Assembly (NCBI RefSeq): GCF_042660085.1
Contig: NZ_JBHSTI010000008.1
Span: 240,001-272,000 of the forward strand
Direction: 5' to 3'
Length of the DNA: 32,000 nt
Source of the DNA: Longivirga aurantiaca
GTDB taxonomy: Bacteria; Actinomycetota; Actinomycetes; S36-B12; CAIYMF01
Below the pieces are notes generated by a model. The model saw nothing but the letters and a program-made list of their open reading frames with translations, had not been told where the DNA came from and searched no databases. The translations under genes and the position numbers were made by a program. Of this stretch, positions 31,614-32,000 are shown one piece after another (the first letter of the stretch is position 1; each line of letters opens with the position of its first letter).

Positions 31614-32000
31614 GTGACCACGACGACCAGGAGCCCGCGACGCCGGGCCATGTATCTCGTTCCCGCGGCCGCCGCGATGCTGCTGACGGCCGCCTGCGGG
31701 AGCTCGACCGGCGGGGACGCGACTGCGACGTCCGCATCCGGGTCCGCATCCGGTTCGGCCGGCACGACGACCGAGCCGTACTGCGCGGAGGACGCGGCGA
31801 CCGCCCTGCCCGCCCTTCAGCCTGAGGGCATCGTCGGGCAGGGCCCGAACGGTGAGCCTGCGGCGTCGCCCGACGACGTGCAGATCAGCGACGAGGACGC
31901 GGCGACGATCAAGGCGGGCAAGAACGGCACCCCGTTCAAGGTCGCCCTCGTGTTCCAGTTCAGCGGTGACTGGCCCAACGGCCAGACCAAGGGGCTGACC
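31614..32000 (+). CDS. Lipoprotein, probable ABC-type solute/sugar-binding protein, partial at window end
   Basis: GTG start after AAGGAGA; RRRAMYLVPAAAAMLLTAACGSSTGGDATATSASGSASGSAGTTTEPYCAEDAA...GKNGTPFKVALVFQFSGDWPNGQTKGLT. Lipobox-like LTAAC and the start of a periplasmic-binding fold. Confidence 0.7.
   Translation, partial: MTTTTRSPRRRAMYLVPAAAAMLLTAACGSSTGGDATATSASGSASGSAGTTTEPYCAEDAATALPALQPEGIVGQGPNGEPAASPDDVQISDEDAATIKAGKNGTPFKVALVFQFSGDWPNGQTKGLT

Overview
High-GC actinobacterial (Cellulomonadaceae-like) chromosomal window. About 1-26.2 kb is a conserved core arrangement: a partial LLM-class oxidoreductase, DUF4396 protein, acyl-CoA dehydrogenase, THUMP-like methyltransferase, two CIRCE operators, groES, His-tailed groEL, a whiB-like gene, a MerR/B12-binding CarH-like regulator, a TPR-like protein, a BldM-like response regulator, guaB, guaB3, succinic semialdehyde dehydrogenase, GMC oxidoreductase, DHFR-like protein, a two-component system, a heterodimeric ABC exporter, DUF4190 protein, guaA and a cupin. 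From about 26.3 kb a frameshifted, truncated gene remnant is followed by an accessory metabolic cluster: a fused membrane desaturase-Rieske protein, HSL-type hydrolase, 3Fe-4S ferredoxin, divergent acireductone-dioxygenase-like cupin, a second HSL-type hydrolase, and the start of a lipoprotein solute-binding protein. The best leads are (1) the CarH-like regulator with retained Wx9EH and ExH motifs, sitting beside whiB/bldM behind strong promoter palindromes; (2) the accessory cluster, where three copies of an ATGCACAnnnnGCAG motif lie in two promoter regions; (3) a 19-bp-arm palindrome with a CsoR-like core upstream of a His-rich DUF4396 gene; and (4) a 29-bp-arm hairpin filling a convergent intergenic gap. 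No CRISPR array, tRNA, rRNA, transposase, prophage or recognisable defence system was seen. All product names come from motif and sequence recognition by eye, without database searches.
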